Origin: Camelus dromedarius
Taxonomy: Eukaryota
Assembly (NCBI RefSeq): GCF_036321535.1
Contig: NC_087437.1
Span: forward strand, 32,552,001-32,616,000
DNA: 64,000 bases
Direction of reading: 5' to 3'
Of the stretch, positions 39,670 through 52,180 are shown one piece after another. The position numbers and the translations under genes were made by a program. How positions within the stretch are numbered: the first letter of the stretch is position 1; every line of letters starts with the position of its first letter. Under the pieces are notes generated by a model that saw nothing but the letters and a program-made list of their open reading frames with translations, made no database searches and had not been told where the DNA came from.

Positions 39670-41240
39670 GTCTATTCGTATTTTTACGTATGTGTTGGGT
39701 TAGTTACAATTCTCAACTTTGGAGAAGTAGCCCTCTGTAAGAGATATCCTATGTGTCCCAGCAGTGCACTCCCCTCTTGTCACCTAAGCTATATGCTCTA
39801 GGGTTTCACCCTAAGAGGGCTACGTGAGTCATTCTGTTACAGTGGGATAAACTATGTGGGTGGTCTGGTAGGTCCCCAGTCTGGTTAGTTGCCAGGTCCT
39901 GCCTTGTGCAGGTGCATCTGGCTGCTGTTCACTGGGGCCCAGTCACAAAGTGACTGGTTGCAGAAACCGAGGGGCCCCTGGGCTAGCGCTGACCCTCTGG
40001 TGGGCAGAGTCCAGTCCCAAAGACTCTGGGGCTGGCAAGTGAAGCCAGATCCTAGGGTTAGTGCCCAACTACGGGCAGGCAGAACTGGCTCCTGGGGTCT
40101 GGCTGCAGGGGCCAGGGATCCCAGAGCTTATTTCAGACCATTGGTCAGGGGGCAGAGGGATGAGTAGGGAGCCAGTTCCTGACACAGTTGGATATGGGGT
40201 CTGGGGTGTCCCAAAGGCCTGCATTGGCCTGCTATTGGACAGGGCCAGAGCCCAGCTGGTCTCAGGGTAGGGTTTCGCCTGTTTTGCAGAATCTTAGTTT
40301 TCTTGCTTCTGGTATCTGCCCCCAAGCGTGTGAGTCTGATCTAGAGGCTTGTGCAGGCTTCCTGGCAGGAGAGGCCGATGCCTCTCCACTGGTGAGTGAA
40401 GCTGGGTATTGGCCCTCTGGTGTGGCTGGGCTGTATCCAGCTGGTTCTTTAGTATTTAGGCAGCCTGTCTGCTGATGGTTGGGCCATGTTCCCCAACCAG
40501 TTGGTTGTTTGGCCTGAGGAGTCCCAGCGCTGGCACCGACAGGCTATCAGGTAGGGCCAAGTCTTGGCACTAACATGTTAGAGGGAATACCCTGCACATT
40601 CCGGCCAGTACCAGCTTCTGCGCAGCAGAATGAGCTCCCAAATAAGGCTTCTGCCAGTGTCTATGTCCTCAGGGTGAGCCGCGCCCCCTCTTCCCCTACA
40701 CGAAGCCTCTCCAGGAGACTCTCCAAGACCAGCAAGTATGTCTGGCCCAGGCGCCTTTCAAATTACTGCTTTTGCCCTGGGTCCTAGTGCACGTGAGATT
40801 TTGTGTGGCCCTTTAAGAGTAAAGTCCCTATTTCCTCCAGTCCTGCGGGGCTCTGGCAGTTCAGCGCCACTGGCCTTCAAAGCCGAATGCTCTGGAGGCG
40901 CGTCTTCCCAGTGCCGACCTGCGGGCTGCGGAGCCAGAGCCGGAGCCTGACCCGGAACCTGACCCTGACGTGGGGCTCAGAACTCTCACTTCTGAGAGGA
41001 CCTCTGAACTACAATTACTCTGCGGTTTGTGGGTCGCCTACCTAGGAGGTGTGGGATTTGAATATATTGCGTGTCCACCCCTCCTACCTGTCCGGTGGTT
41101 CTTTCTTTATGGCTTTAGCTGTAGGAGAGCTTCTCTGGTAGTTTCCATATGGTAGTCCTGCAGGTAGTTATGGTTTTAGTGCGCTTGTGAGAGGGGGTGA
41201 GCTGAGAGTCTCCCTGCACCGCCATCTTGGGCGCTCCTAT
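39670..41240 (-). mobile_element. L1 5'UTR (about 1.55 kb) with no ORF1, ORF2 or 3' end
   Basis: Minus strand starts CCCAAGATGGCGG..CAGCTCACCCCCTCTCACAAG, a typical laurasiatherian L1 5' end with a YY1 site, and ends at CTACTTCTCCAAAG..ACACATACGTAAAAATAC, a motif I recall lying just before the ORF1 start. Confidence 0.75.
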
Positions 41241-41410
41241 CCGGCCTTGGGACTGCGAGGGGCGGGGGGAGGGGGACGGACGCACGCACGCACGCACGCA
41301 CTTCACAGAGAAGCCGCAGTCGCGCCTGCGCACTGGCCCCTCCTTGGTCCTCTCCCCACGTGCCCTGCGTGGAGGCGGTGCGGACTGGCCAGTGGTCTCC
41401 GCTGACTGCT
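41150..41410 (-). promoter_or_regulatory. CpG island, candidate promoter
   Basis: About 20 CpGs in 41220-41401 (hand count); YY1 41219-41228, GC box 41259-41267, (CGCA)5 41281-41300, NRF1 GCGCCTGCGCA 41322-41332, E-box CACGTG 41357-41362. Confidence 0.65.
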
Positions 41411-42559
41411 CCTCTAATTCTCAGTCTAGCATCATGGAATGCTACAGCTTTACGGTACCTCTGAGGCCAGTTCCATCGTTTCACAGAGGAAGAAAATAAG
41501 ACTGAGAGAAATTAAGATCCCACCCTTAGTTCCTGGAAAACCCAGAGCCACAACTCAGCCTCTCCTAAATTTCCGCTCATGTGATTTTGCCATTACAAAA
41601 TTCTTTCAGTTAAACATAAATCCTCAGAAGATACATCAACTACTCAAATTAATCTCATAATACTCAACTATTAACAGCCACTCAAAACTTGGCCCATAAA
41701 ACTTACATTATCCCTATACTGTCAACCACTTCCTGCTACCCATGCCTTTGTAACTTCTTCCCATTTAAATTTTATGACTTAAACTGTTTCTTACACCTAC
41801 TGTAAGCCTCCATATAAACACGGATTTTCATATAGATTCCACCCCACAAAAGGATTAAAGAGGAAAGACTACATATATTCTATTTCTTTTCTGTGTGCTG
41901 ATTGATTTCTGTTAAATCCCACCCAGAGCAAGGTTTCCATTTATGATTCCTTTAAATGACATCTCAAGTACTTACGAAAAGCCAGAGAGAAAGAGAGAAT
42001 GCTCACATCACCACTCCACACCCAACCCTGAGTCGATACTGTAGACCTACAGGTTCTGAGACAGTCACAAGAAGGCCACTTACTTGAAGCCACTGCATTT
42101 AGACTTGTCCTACAAGATCACATCAGATCTACAATACAGTCCATTCTCAGTCACCTGCACTCATAGAACAGAAGCATGTGGAACCCAAATACCACTTCTA
42201 GTGGACTTCCAGTGATTTTTCACACCATATTAACCTTAATGCTTTTTTGTCTAAGCTGATAATAAAATCCGTATTTACCGAGCAGATGGCCCTGGTGGGC
42301 AACCAGTCTCCCATCCCTAACCTGCTCAGCCCTATCCCATAACACCCCAGTCTGAGCCTCTAAATATCAGCGACAACTTATTTATAATTAATTGTCCTCC
42401 TAATCACTTGCAGGTCCCCTAGCCTGTACCCCACAAAAATTGCTCACACCTATCACATTCTCCTCACCTCCCAGCAGATTTCTATGAAATCAGGATCAAC
42501 AAACTTGTCAATGCCTTTCCTGCAGGCCACTTCAAATTTTGTTTGTGCCTTTGTTCAGC

Positions 42560-43280
42560 CTCGTTTTTTTTTTTTTCTTCTTTCTCAAAAAAACAAACAT
42601 CTCTCTTCCTGTTCAAAGCTAACTCTTCCACTTATAAATGTACTTTGTCTTCTTCCATTTCCCCTTTGTACGAATCGTACTTTTTCCATTAACCACTACC
42701 TTGCCTTTGGCCCCTCTTTTTTGCTTTCAAACCTGTTCAATTCTCCCTAAATAAATAAATCAATTCTTCTCTGCTTTCCTTCCTTTAGTTAACAAAAGTT
42801 CTCAAGGAATAGACCAAATCCTCTTCTTTGTTCTTGCACTCACGTCTAATTCTTTGTAGTTTGGCTTCTGTCTTCAGCTATTTTATTGACATTGCACACC
42901 TAGACATCAAAAATTACCTCCTAATCACCAAATCCAATGTTCTTTATCCACTTTTTCTCCTTTTGCTCCTTTGCCCCACCTCCACACCTAAGCAGTTACC
43001 AACTCCTATGCATTCTCTCTCTTCAAAGTCTCTAACACTTATTTCCTCCTTCCTGCTCCTACTACAACTATCCTATAACCAGTCAAATATACACCATTCT
43101 CTTCAACCTGGAGTTTACTTTTCCTGTTTCTAACTATTGAAATGCAATCCCATGCTTTAAAACAGTTCAAGAATGCCCACAAGCTGAAGGTCAGGGCTCT
43201 GTCTTTCTCATCCTTGAATTCTCCATATACACCTATTACTACTACCATAAATGCCTCATACATAAGGCATTTAATCAAGG
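42560..43280 (+). mobile_element. L2 fragments
   Basis: ATTACCTCCTAATCACCAAATCCAATG..AAGGTCAGGGCTCTGTCTTTCTCATCCTTGAATTCTCCA..CATACATAAGGCATTTAAT. Confidence 0.65.
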
Positions 43281-44599
43281 TCTGGAGGCTGATTGACTTG
43301 TATAAGGGGAGGTCTCCTTGGAAGTACTATTCTTAGCAAGGAAAAGCTGTCCTGGGATGAGAAATCTGTTGTGGAACAGCCGCACAGTGGATAAACCACC
43401 TGCAGATTGTTAAGAATCATGTTGATTCCAGCAACTGCCTAGTTTATTGCCCTCATGCCCAGAACATTCTTTTATTCCAACATGCAGCCGAGTTTGAAAA
43501 ATAGTTCTGAGTTTTTAATACTCCAAAAGATTTCCAAATAACACAAAAGATAGGTGTTTTGCTAACGTTATATCTTAAAAGCTGAAGACATTGCTAACTA
43601 GCGCAGCACAGCACCATAGACAGCTGGAATAAATATAATTAAGCGTTGTTACAACATGGGGAAAAAAATCCTTAAGAGTCAGATTGTTTCTGTATACTAT
43701 TTCTGTTTTGGCCACTGATTTGCCTCGTGACTATTCTGTAAAGTAAGTGGAACCAAAGTGACAAAAATATTTGAATTGGCAATTCTTCTGTATAAACAAG
43801 TTTATACAATCTAGCTTTGTGAGCCTATGGGTAGTCTGATTAAAAAAAATGAGGTGGTCCTTAACTAAAAACATGTTTTTGTTATTGAGGGCTTTTTTAT
43901 GTTTTGGCAATGAATTATTCAATGCCCAAAATAACATAATGAAAAAAAGGTGAACATTTTTTAAAGACACCTACATTCAACATATCCTATAACCATGGTG
44001 CGTTAGCTATCATGTAACTATATGAAGCACAAAGTTATTAGAAGATATCATCATAATATTTACCTTGTAATCATAATACTATCCTGAAAAATGTTTAAAA
44101 GCCTTTTAAATAATAATCTGTAGATGTTTAAACAAATAAAAAGTATTCCCCAAAAGCCACAATTAGAATTCCTCATTTTGTAACACCAAAATCTTTAACC
44201 TAAAAAAAAACTCAGAGGAGACTTGGAAAAATTTAAATTAGGTAGTGGAACTAAAAGAAATTAAATGTAGGCTGCTCCTCCCCGTTTCCCTTTTATTAGG
44301 CCATCTTGCGCAATCAGCTTATGAAACTAAATATACCTGAGTTCTATTATGCTCATAACAGAACAAAGAATAGAAAAAAAAGTTTCTTCTAAAAAGGGAA
44401 AGAGGATTAAAAAATGGAATAGGTATTGATACATTCTGAAAATGGAGTATATACAGAGAAATGTGAGTATTTCAAGTTGGCAAAAATGTGTGAGTTTCAA
44501 GGCTTAGCACCAAGGATCAAGTCATTAGTGTCACCCATTATGAAGGTCATTCATGAGCTGCAGTACTCTGGCACCTCCTCAGTCACATACACAAAACAT

Positions 44600-44790
44600 T
44601 TTGGAGTCAATGGGTATATGAAAAGAATGTAGGCTTTAGAGTCAGGCATCCAGATTCCAATCTTGGCTTCGTCACTTACTGCCTTGTGACCTTGAGCAGA
44701 GCTCAGCCTCTTCACCTGCACAAAGGAGGTGATAACTTCAGAAGGTGGTTGCTAGAATTCAGTGAAATCATATATGAGGCACTTAACACA
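44600..44790 (+). mobile_element. MIR SINE
   Basis: AGGCTTTAGAGTCAGGC..TCACTTACTGCCTTGTGACCTTGAGCA..GAGGCACTTAACACA. Confidence 0.75.
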
Positions 44791-44899
44791 ATCTCCTCTC
44801 CTCTTTGGAAAAGTGGTGGAACTGCAGCCTGGGAAATGATGGCTCCCAGCATTACAGGGTTAATAAACAGAAGTTATTCTAAGCTGCTGGTTCAAGGAT

Positions 44900-45390
44900 A
44901 GGCATCCTGTCCCAGACAGCCCATCAGCCCCACTAATGGGATTTAAAACAGTTGCTGCCTTTTCCTCAGTCGTGTAATGATTTCTGGACAGCCTGAGAGG
45001 CCCATTATCTGCAGTCCCTACTTCTGCTCTGTCTGGCGATAATGACTTCTTAGCACCACAGCAGGGCCGTGGTCTTCCACTTCCTGCAGCACCAGTGTGC
45101 AAAGGACCCTTGCCAAAGTCAAAGACAAACTGTCATTCCACCACGGAGGCCAACGGTCTGTTAAATGCTGCCCACCGACTGCCACAAGATCTCCCAGAGA
45201 GTTGTCCTCTAAGACAAGGGTGCCCTCTGAGGGATTTCCTGGGAGGACCTGAATATGATAGATGAGTGCTTTCCGGTGGGAAAGGGACATCCCAGCATCC
45301 CCAGAGGGCCTCTGAGGTTGATGCTGAGGTGCCAGGAACCTCTCCAGCCTCCGACTTGCTGTCTCATCCCATTCAGTTCCTACAAGCTGC
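44900..45390 (-). mobile_element. Probable L4 (RTE-X) LINE ORF C-terminal relic
   Basis: Minus-strand frames give ASVVE*QFVFDFGKGP and LCTLVLQEVED, resembling the RTE-X/L4 C-terminal region as I recall it; contains stops and frameshifts. Confidence 0.5.
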
Positions 45391-46009
45391 CTGCAGAGCC
45401 AAAGGACAATAAAACTTAAAAACGTGTTAAAAAATAAAAGTCACAAAACTCTGATTTATAAATTAATGCCCAGATGTGATAATTAACTTGGGTTCCTATT
45501 AGCATTTTTTCCCTTTATCCGTTGTATTCTTTATCTTACTGTTTTTATCTTGTTATGTATAAGTCACCTCAGATCCGGTTTATTAGTAGGCAAGATATAA
45601 ATCCTAAATAAATAAAACAAATAGGATAATAAATTAAGGGCTTCTACCAGGTTTGAGCAGATCCCAAAAGAATTCTTGGCATTAATCATGGAAAGAAACT
45701 TTAACCCAAATTAAGAAAGATATAACATGTTCATTCTACAGTGTGACTTATCTAATGCTAATGTAGTACTCCAAATTAAAGAAAAAGAATGTACTTGGTT
45801 GTGGTTATAAAATGGATGCAAATGAATTTTTTTAAATTGATTTGAAAGTAGAAGAAAAACTTTCTCCTACAGTTAGACAGCTACCTAAAATATTTTCTCA
45901 ACTGACTGTTTCATTCAAGGTAAATATCAATTTATTAAATAGTATCTCTTGCTTTAATAAACAAATTTGTATAGTTTAAAAACACTTACCTGATGAAACT
46001 GAAAGTCAT

Positions 46010-46480
46010 GTTAAATGCTGATTGAAGTGTACACTGTTATAATCATTTTGGAAAGCAATCTGGCATTATGTTTTAAGGTGTGAAAATGTTCATTCTTGTT
46101 CCATTTCTGGGAATCTATCCTTAAAGTAATTGCAAATTCAGGAAAAAATTATACAGAAAGACCTAACAGGGAAAAAAATGAAAACAAGCTAAAAATGTCC
46201 TACAATAGGGAAATAGTTACATAAATTATGGCATGCCTCTATGATAAAATAGCAGTAATCATTAAATATTTTTAATGATGCAGGAAAAGATAACTGAAAA
46301 TAAGCAGAATTTAAAGTGTGTATACAGTATAAGATCAACTACGTAAAACAGACAGAAATATAAAAAATGCTAGCAGTAGTTAGAGTAATAGGTAATTTTA
46401 ATTTTATTATACGTATTTTTCCAAAATTTCCAGATTGTCTTCATGAGCATGCATAATTTTTATAATCTAGAAAAATAATA
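46010..46480 (+). mobile_element. Old L1 3' end (L1ME-like)
   Basis: TTTTGGAAAGCAATCTGGCA..CCATTTCTGGGAATCTATCCT..AATGTCCTACAATAGGGAAATAGTTACATAAATTATGG. Confidence 0.75.
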
Positions 46481-46789
46481 TGTCTTATTTGGGAAAAATA
46501 AATCAATAAATAGGGTTAATTTATGAACAGAACAAATTATTTTTCACTAACTGACATGGCCTGTGCAGCCTTGGTCACTAGGCAACCTCTAACCAGAAGA
46601 GGAGTGACTGAGCAGAGGAGAGGGAAGCAAGCCAGGAGCATGAGGGGTCTGGTTGGAAGGACCACCCAGCTAGGGAACTGGCCCCAAAGTGGACGGTCAG
46701 CTCCAAATCACTGGGCCCCACAGGGTAAGGAGAACTGAAGCGTAAGCCAGAGGGTCTGATCTGGTCAATAGAGCTGCAGCATAGTTCAG

Positions 46790-47222
46790 AGCCTGCTAAG
46801 ACCAGAAAACAAATCAATTGAAACTGATCAGAAATGACACACATAATAGAATTAGTAGATAAAAACATTAAAAGTTATTGTAACTATATTCTTTGTGTTC
46901 CAGAAGCAAGAAGTAAGATTGAATATGTTAAATAAAAATGTAAAAGGTATAAAAAAGTCCAGGTCAAACTTCTAGAGATCAAAACTACAATGTCTAAAAA
47001 GAAAAATAATTGAATGGAATTAAAATTAACATTAGACATGGCAAGGGGGAAAAAGGAACTTGAAGATAGCAATAGAAACTATCCAACATGAAATACAGAG
47101 AGAAAATAAATGCTGAAGAAAGAGAAAGAAAGAAAAGAAAGAAAGAAAGGAAGAAAGAAAGAAAGAGAAAGAAAGGAAGGAAGGAAGGAAGGAAGGAAGG
47201 AAAGAAGGAAGGAAGGAAGGAA

Positions 47223-47297
<75 letters not shown>

Positions 47298-49260
47298 GGA
47301 TGGAGGAAGGAAATGAACAGAGCCTCAGTGAGCATGGAACAACTTTAATTGGCCTAATACACTCATAACTGAAGTCCCCCAAAACAAGGAAAGAGAGTGG
47401 GAAACAAAAAAAATAATAACTGAAGGAATAATGAACAAAATTCTCTCCAATTTGATGAAATCTATAAACCTTCAGATCCAATTAGTTCAAAAGCAGTTCA
47501 ACAAACCCAAAGCACAAGAAAATTGAAGAAAACCATACCAAGGCACATCATATTTAAATTATTTTAAACCACTAGTAAAAAGAAAAAACATTTTAGGCAG
47601 CCAGAGAGAACTATATGTTACACAGAGGAACAAAGATAAGGGAGATAGCAGATTTCTTATTGGAAGTAATGCAAGCCAAAAGACAATGGAGTAACATTTT
47701 CAATGTATTTTTTAAGTCAACCTGGAGTTCTGCACACAGCAAAAATATCTTTAAATATAAAAAGCAAATAAAGACTTTTTCAGACATGCAAATGCTGAAA
47801 GAGTTTATCACCAGGAGTTCTTCAGGCAGAAGGAAAATACCAGACAGAAGTATAGATTTACACAAAGAAAAGAACACCAGATAAATACAAAGAGTTAAAA
47901 TAAAAGAACTTTTTCTCATTTCTAAACCTATTTAAAAGGTAACTGACTACTTTAGCAAAATGATAGCAAGGTATTGTTAGGTTTATAACATATATAGAAA
48001 TAAAATGTAAGACATAAATAGCACAAAGTCCGGGAGTGGAGAAATGGAAGTATACTATTGCAAGGTTCTTACTTTAACATCCAATATGTGAAATGTGTCA
48101 TCACTAACATCACTATAAACCCTAAAGCAATTATATAGCTAGTAAGCCAACAAGAGAGTTAAAATGGATTCACAAAAAGTATTCAATCCAAATGGAGGCA
48201 AATACAGACAATAAAGAAGAATAAAAAAACAGATGAGAAACCAGACAATCTTCTATTAGTAAATAGAACTTCTTCATTGGTAAATCGTAAACCTAAACCC
48301 AACTATAGCAATAATCACATTAACTATGAATGGTTTAAATATCTCAATTAAAAGGCAGCAATTATTAGATTGAATTTTTAAAAAGAGTCAAAATATAAAG
48401 GCACAACTAGGTTAAAAGTAATAGGATGAGGGAAAATATACTATGCTAACACTTACTTTATAAAGCTGAAGTGGCTATAGTAATATCAGACATAATAAAT
48501 ATTATTGCTTTTTAGAGCAAAAAATTTTATCAGTGATAAAGAGAGTCATCTCAACTAGTAAAAGGGTCCCTCCATCAAGATGATATAATAAGCCTTAAAT
48601 GCTTATGCACCTAATGACAAACTTCAAAACATAAAACAAAAACATAAAACTTCAGAGAGAATTAGACAAATCAACAATTGTAGGCAGAGATTTCAACATT
48701 CTCATTCAATAATTTACAGAACAAGTAGACAGAAAATCACTAAGGATATAGAAGATGGAAACGGACTATCAACTATCTTTATATAATTTAAAATTATAGA
48801 CCACTGAACTCAACAGAATTATTTTCAAGTGCACACAAAAAAATTTAGTAAGAGCAACCATAGTCTGGGTCATAAATCAAGTCTCTTATAATTAAAAGGA
48901 TTCAAATTATACAAAGTATGTTCTCCAAACAAAATAGAATTAAATTCAAATTAAAACATAAAAATATCTAGAAAATTTCAACTATTTGAAAACTAAAAAC
49001 ACACTTCCAAATAACCAATGGACCAAAGAAGAAATCAAAAGGGAAGTTAGAAAGTATTTTGAAATGAATGAAAATGAAAACATGAGGTATCAAAATTTGT
49101 GAAATGTGGCTAACAGTAGTTAGCATGAGGAAACGTTGGGTGGTGGTGAGTGTGTTCATTATTTTTACTGTAGTGATCACAGGGGTATACATATATCAAA
49201 AATTATCAAAGTTTACTCTTTAGGAGCAGTTCATTGTGTATCAATTATTTGTCAATTAAA
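46790..49260 (+). mobile_element. Old L1: ORF1 relic, ORF2 endonuclease-region relic, then a jump to the 3'UTR
   Basis: ORF 47615-47884 (GTKIREIADFLLEVMQAKRQWSNIF..IKTFSDMQMLKEFITR) resembles the L1 ORF1p C-terminus; AATGCTTATGCACCTAAT and GCAGAGATTTCAACA match endonuclease motifs. Confidence 0.85.
47115..47296. repeat. Compound (GAAA)n/(GGAA)n microsatellite, 182-bp pure purine tract
   Basis: No pyrimidine on + across the interval; lies within the L1 ORF1 relic. Confidence 0.98.
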
Positions 49261-51904
49261 GATATTTATTGAGACCCAAAACATGAAACATTACCAAAAA
49301 CAGACAATTTAGGTGAGTTGTTATAGATGTGGGGGGAAGAAGTGGAGAGGAAACCGAAAAATTTCATTAGGGGAGTAAGGAAATCAGAGAGGCGCCTGGG
49401 AAGCAGGATCTCCGCAGACAGACTTCTGCTTAACGACTTGGCCTGAGCAGTAGAGTACACCATCAGTGGATGAATCCAAATGTCAAGTTCAGTTAAATGT
49501 TGTACTTAGCTACAGTCATTTTTTAAGGCCTGGTTTAATTTTTTTCAGCCTCTAAAACCATGCTGACTTGCCTGGTTGTTAAATCACGTAGAAAACCTAA
49601 AATGATGACACTGACCAAAAGGAAGAATTTGCAACCACACACAGACAAAAACGTGATTACATACGTGTTTGCCTCATAGGGTTCAAAAGGAGCAAGTGGT
49701 GACTGGCTTTTCCACTAGCTTTTCAGAAGTATAAAATCATTGACGCTTCCATATAAATATGGAAGAGAGGAAGGAAGAGACAAGAGCACACGATGAAAAT
49801 GATTGGAAAGTCGACTTCATTTTATAACAGGAGGACTAGAAATCACATGCTGTCTAAAAGATAACCGCAAAAACATAACGTAAAATTTAAACTTTCAACT
49901 ATGTCTGAAATCTATAAAGCTTCAATCAGGTCTCCTATTGGCAAGCCACAAGTACTTTGTGTGACACAGGGACAAAGGCAAAACAATCCTTCAAAATTGG
50001 AATACTAGGCCTGGCTGCTGATGTAATAGGGAACAATGATTAAACTATCAATCAAACAGATTTTTTAAATATGTTGCATGTCATAGCCAGAGATTTCAAA
50101 TCCAGGACAAAATCTGGTGTTAGTTACAACAGAGATGAATTGGGTGGTCTCTTAGTACACAGATGATCACAAAATCAGCGTAATGTGGAAATCAATTCAA
50201 GGACTCCTCTCTTCATCTCAGCTCATGAAGTTTCCAAATTAATAAAAGCGATGTTATAAATTTATGAGCCATGGTCCTGCAAAGTGTTTTATGCTATTTT
50301 CCAAGTTATTTACCAGGTTTCAAAGCAAAATCATTTAATATGAACTCCATTCTCTAACTATACATAAATATATTTACTTTTTAAACAACTGAATTTGTGG
50401 TTATTTTTTCCAGATGCACAGCACTTCCAAAATTAAAAAAAGTAAATAAAAATTTAAAACTGGGGAAATTTCACCCATGAACCATCTGGAGAGCCAGAGG
50501 AAATGGGACTAGTCTCAGCACCAATTCTCTCTAGAGTCTATTTTATGCTCACTCCCATCCAAGTGAATCCCTTCCTATACGGGAATGTTTAATTGAAATA
50601 TTATAAGCTCCCATGTGATCAGTTCCTCCTTAAGTTTGTTTTCTGGGAAAACTTTTTCTCTGCAGTTGAATGTTGTAGGCTGCTTATCAGAAAACGAAAG
50701 CATAGTGTGATTCTCTGTATGTTACAACTGCCAGAAACCAAATCCAAATTTCTTGCTGGAATATCCTAATCTGCTTAGCCTAGGTGCCTAAAAGGAGAGA
50801 AACTTTCTCCTTCTGAAATATGACTTCTGTTTCTTAGCTAGTATTCTATTTCAATGTGCAAGCTACTGTGAGTCTTTTTAGAAATAGATAAAATGTGCAA
50901 CTAAAATAAATGTAACTGAGAAACAAATATTGAATGTCCTTTCATGTTTATAACCTACAGAAGTTTTCATCCATCCCACAAGTATTTTATGTTCATTATT
51001 ATGTGTCAGGTACTACAGTAAGGGCTCATATATGAAGGTGAAAAAAAACTTGGTTCCCACCTCAAAGGATTCATAAGCTTGAAGGAAGCAAATCATAAAA
51101 ATTAAATTTCTATGAATGGTTACAGATTCTCACAAAAAAAAAAAGCATTTAAGGGATTCAAAAATCTCATTTCATCTAAAGCCATAACCCCTTAGAAAGC
51201 CAGTTATTAGAAGTGACAGCATCCTTCTGCTTTGTCCTCCAATTATTTCTCCAACCTTAACACTCCCTTTTAGCCAACATTCATTCACCTCTCCTCAGAT
51301 GAAGACAATGGCCCCAATTTCAAATATTCTGGTACAATCCTCAGACCTTACACTATATCGTATGCTCCACGTTCAGAAATGCAATCATCATATGCAACCA
51401 CCCCCATCTTCACACCCTGGCCCAGGCTGTTCTCCACCACCCAGAAAGTATTTTTACTTCTCCACTATCTCCTCATCCATCCAAATCTTAAGTAATCTTC
51501 AAGGCCCAGAATAAGTGCCATTTATTTTCCTTGTCATGCCTTCTGTTGCTACAATGATCCACCCTCTCTGTTCTCTGAACTCTTTATGCGCATGTGAGAA
51601 TTTATGCCCACTCATCTCCTGTTGTTTCCTATACTTTAGTTTTACCCCTGCAACTAAACTCTTAAGTTCCTTCAGGATCCATGTGCTCCAATAATGCTCA
51701 GCAAATTCTCAAAAAAAATATAGGTTAATCCTAATTTATGCAGAAATCGAGGTAAAATGAGACTATAATTTTCCCAAGCTAACAGAGCTAAATAACAAAT
51801 ACACATTAATAGCTACTATTTATTAAGTACCAACATGGCAAGTGCTATGTTATTCAAGATTAGAGCAAAAAATAGACTCTGGGTGCCCTATTTCAAGCAA
51901 GCAT

Positions 51905-51950
51905 GTTTCACTCAAATCACGTTTCACTCAAATCACGTTTCACTCAAATC
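51905..51950. repeat. Perfect 16-bp tandem repeat, 2.9 copies
   Basis: GTTTCACTCAAATCAC twice, then GTTTCACTCAAATC. Confidence 0.95.
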
Positions 51951-51969
51951 TACCATATCATTATCACAG

Positions 51970-52180
51970 TAAGTTTTATTTGTTGAATATCTACTTTGTG
52001 CCAAGTTGTATATCAGCTATTTCACTTAATCTTCATAAAACCATATGTAATAAATATGATTACATTCCTTCAAAAAGGTCAAAGAATTTGGCCATGTGCT
52101 CATGGCATGGGGTTGAGGCAAGATTCTAACCCAGGCCTCTCTGACTTCAAATCTTTTGTTCTTCCCTACTCTGCACCACC
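51970..52180 (-). mobile_element. MIR SINE
   Basis: TTGAATATCTACTTTGTGCCAAG..TTCACTTAATCTTCA..GATTCTAACCCAGGCCTCTCTGACTTCAAA. Confidence 0.7.

Noticed and set aside
39889..41499. Cluster of overlapping GC-rich ORFs
   Set aside because: Expected from low stop-codon frequency in a GC-rich L1 5'UTR and CpG island
45990..45998. Possible 9-nt minus-strand microexon (tttcag|TTTCATCAG|gtaagt)
   Set aside because: Poor polypyrimidine tract and it abuts an L1 relic; likely chance
46994..47481. K/E/R-rich and F/L/S-rich ORFs
   Set aside because: Translations of the GAAA/GGAA microsatellite
51905..51950. CRISPR-like array
   Set aside because: Head-to-tail repeats without spacers in mammalian DNA; no cas genes
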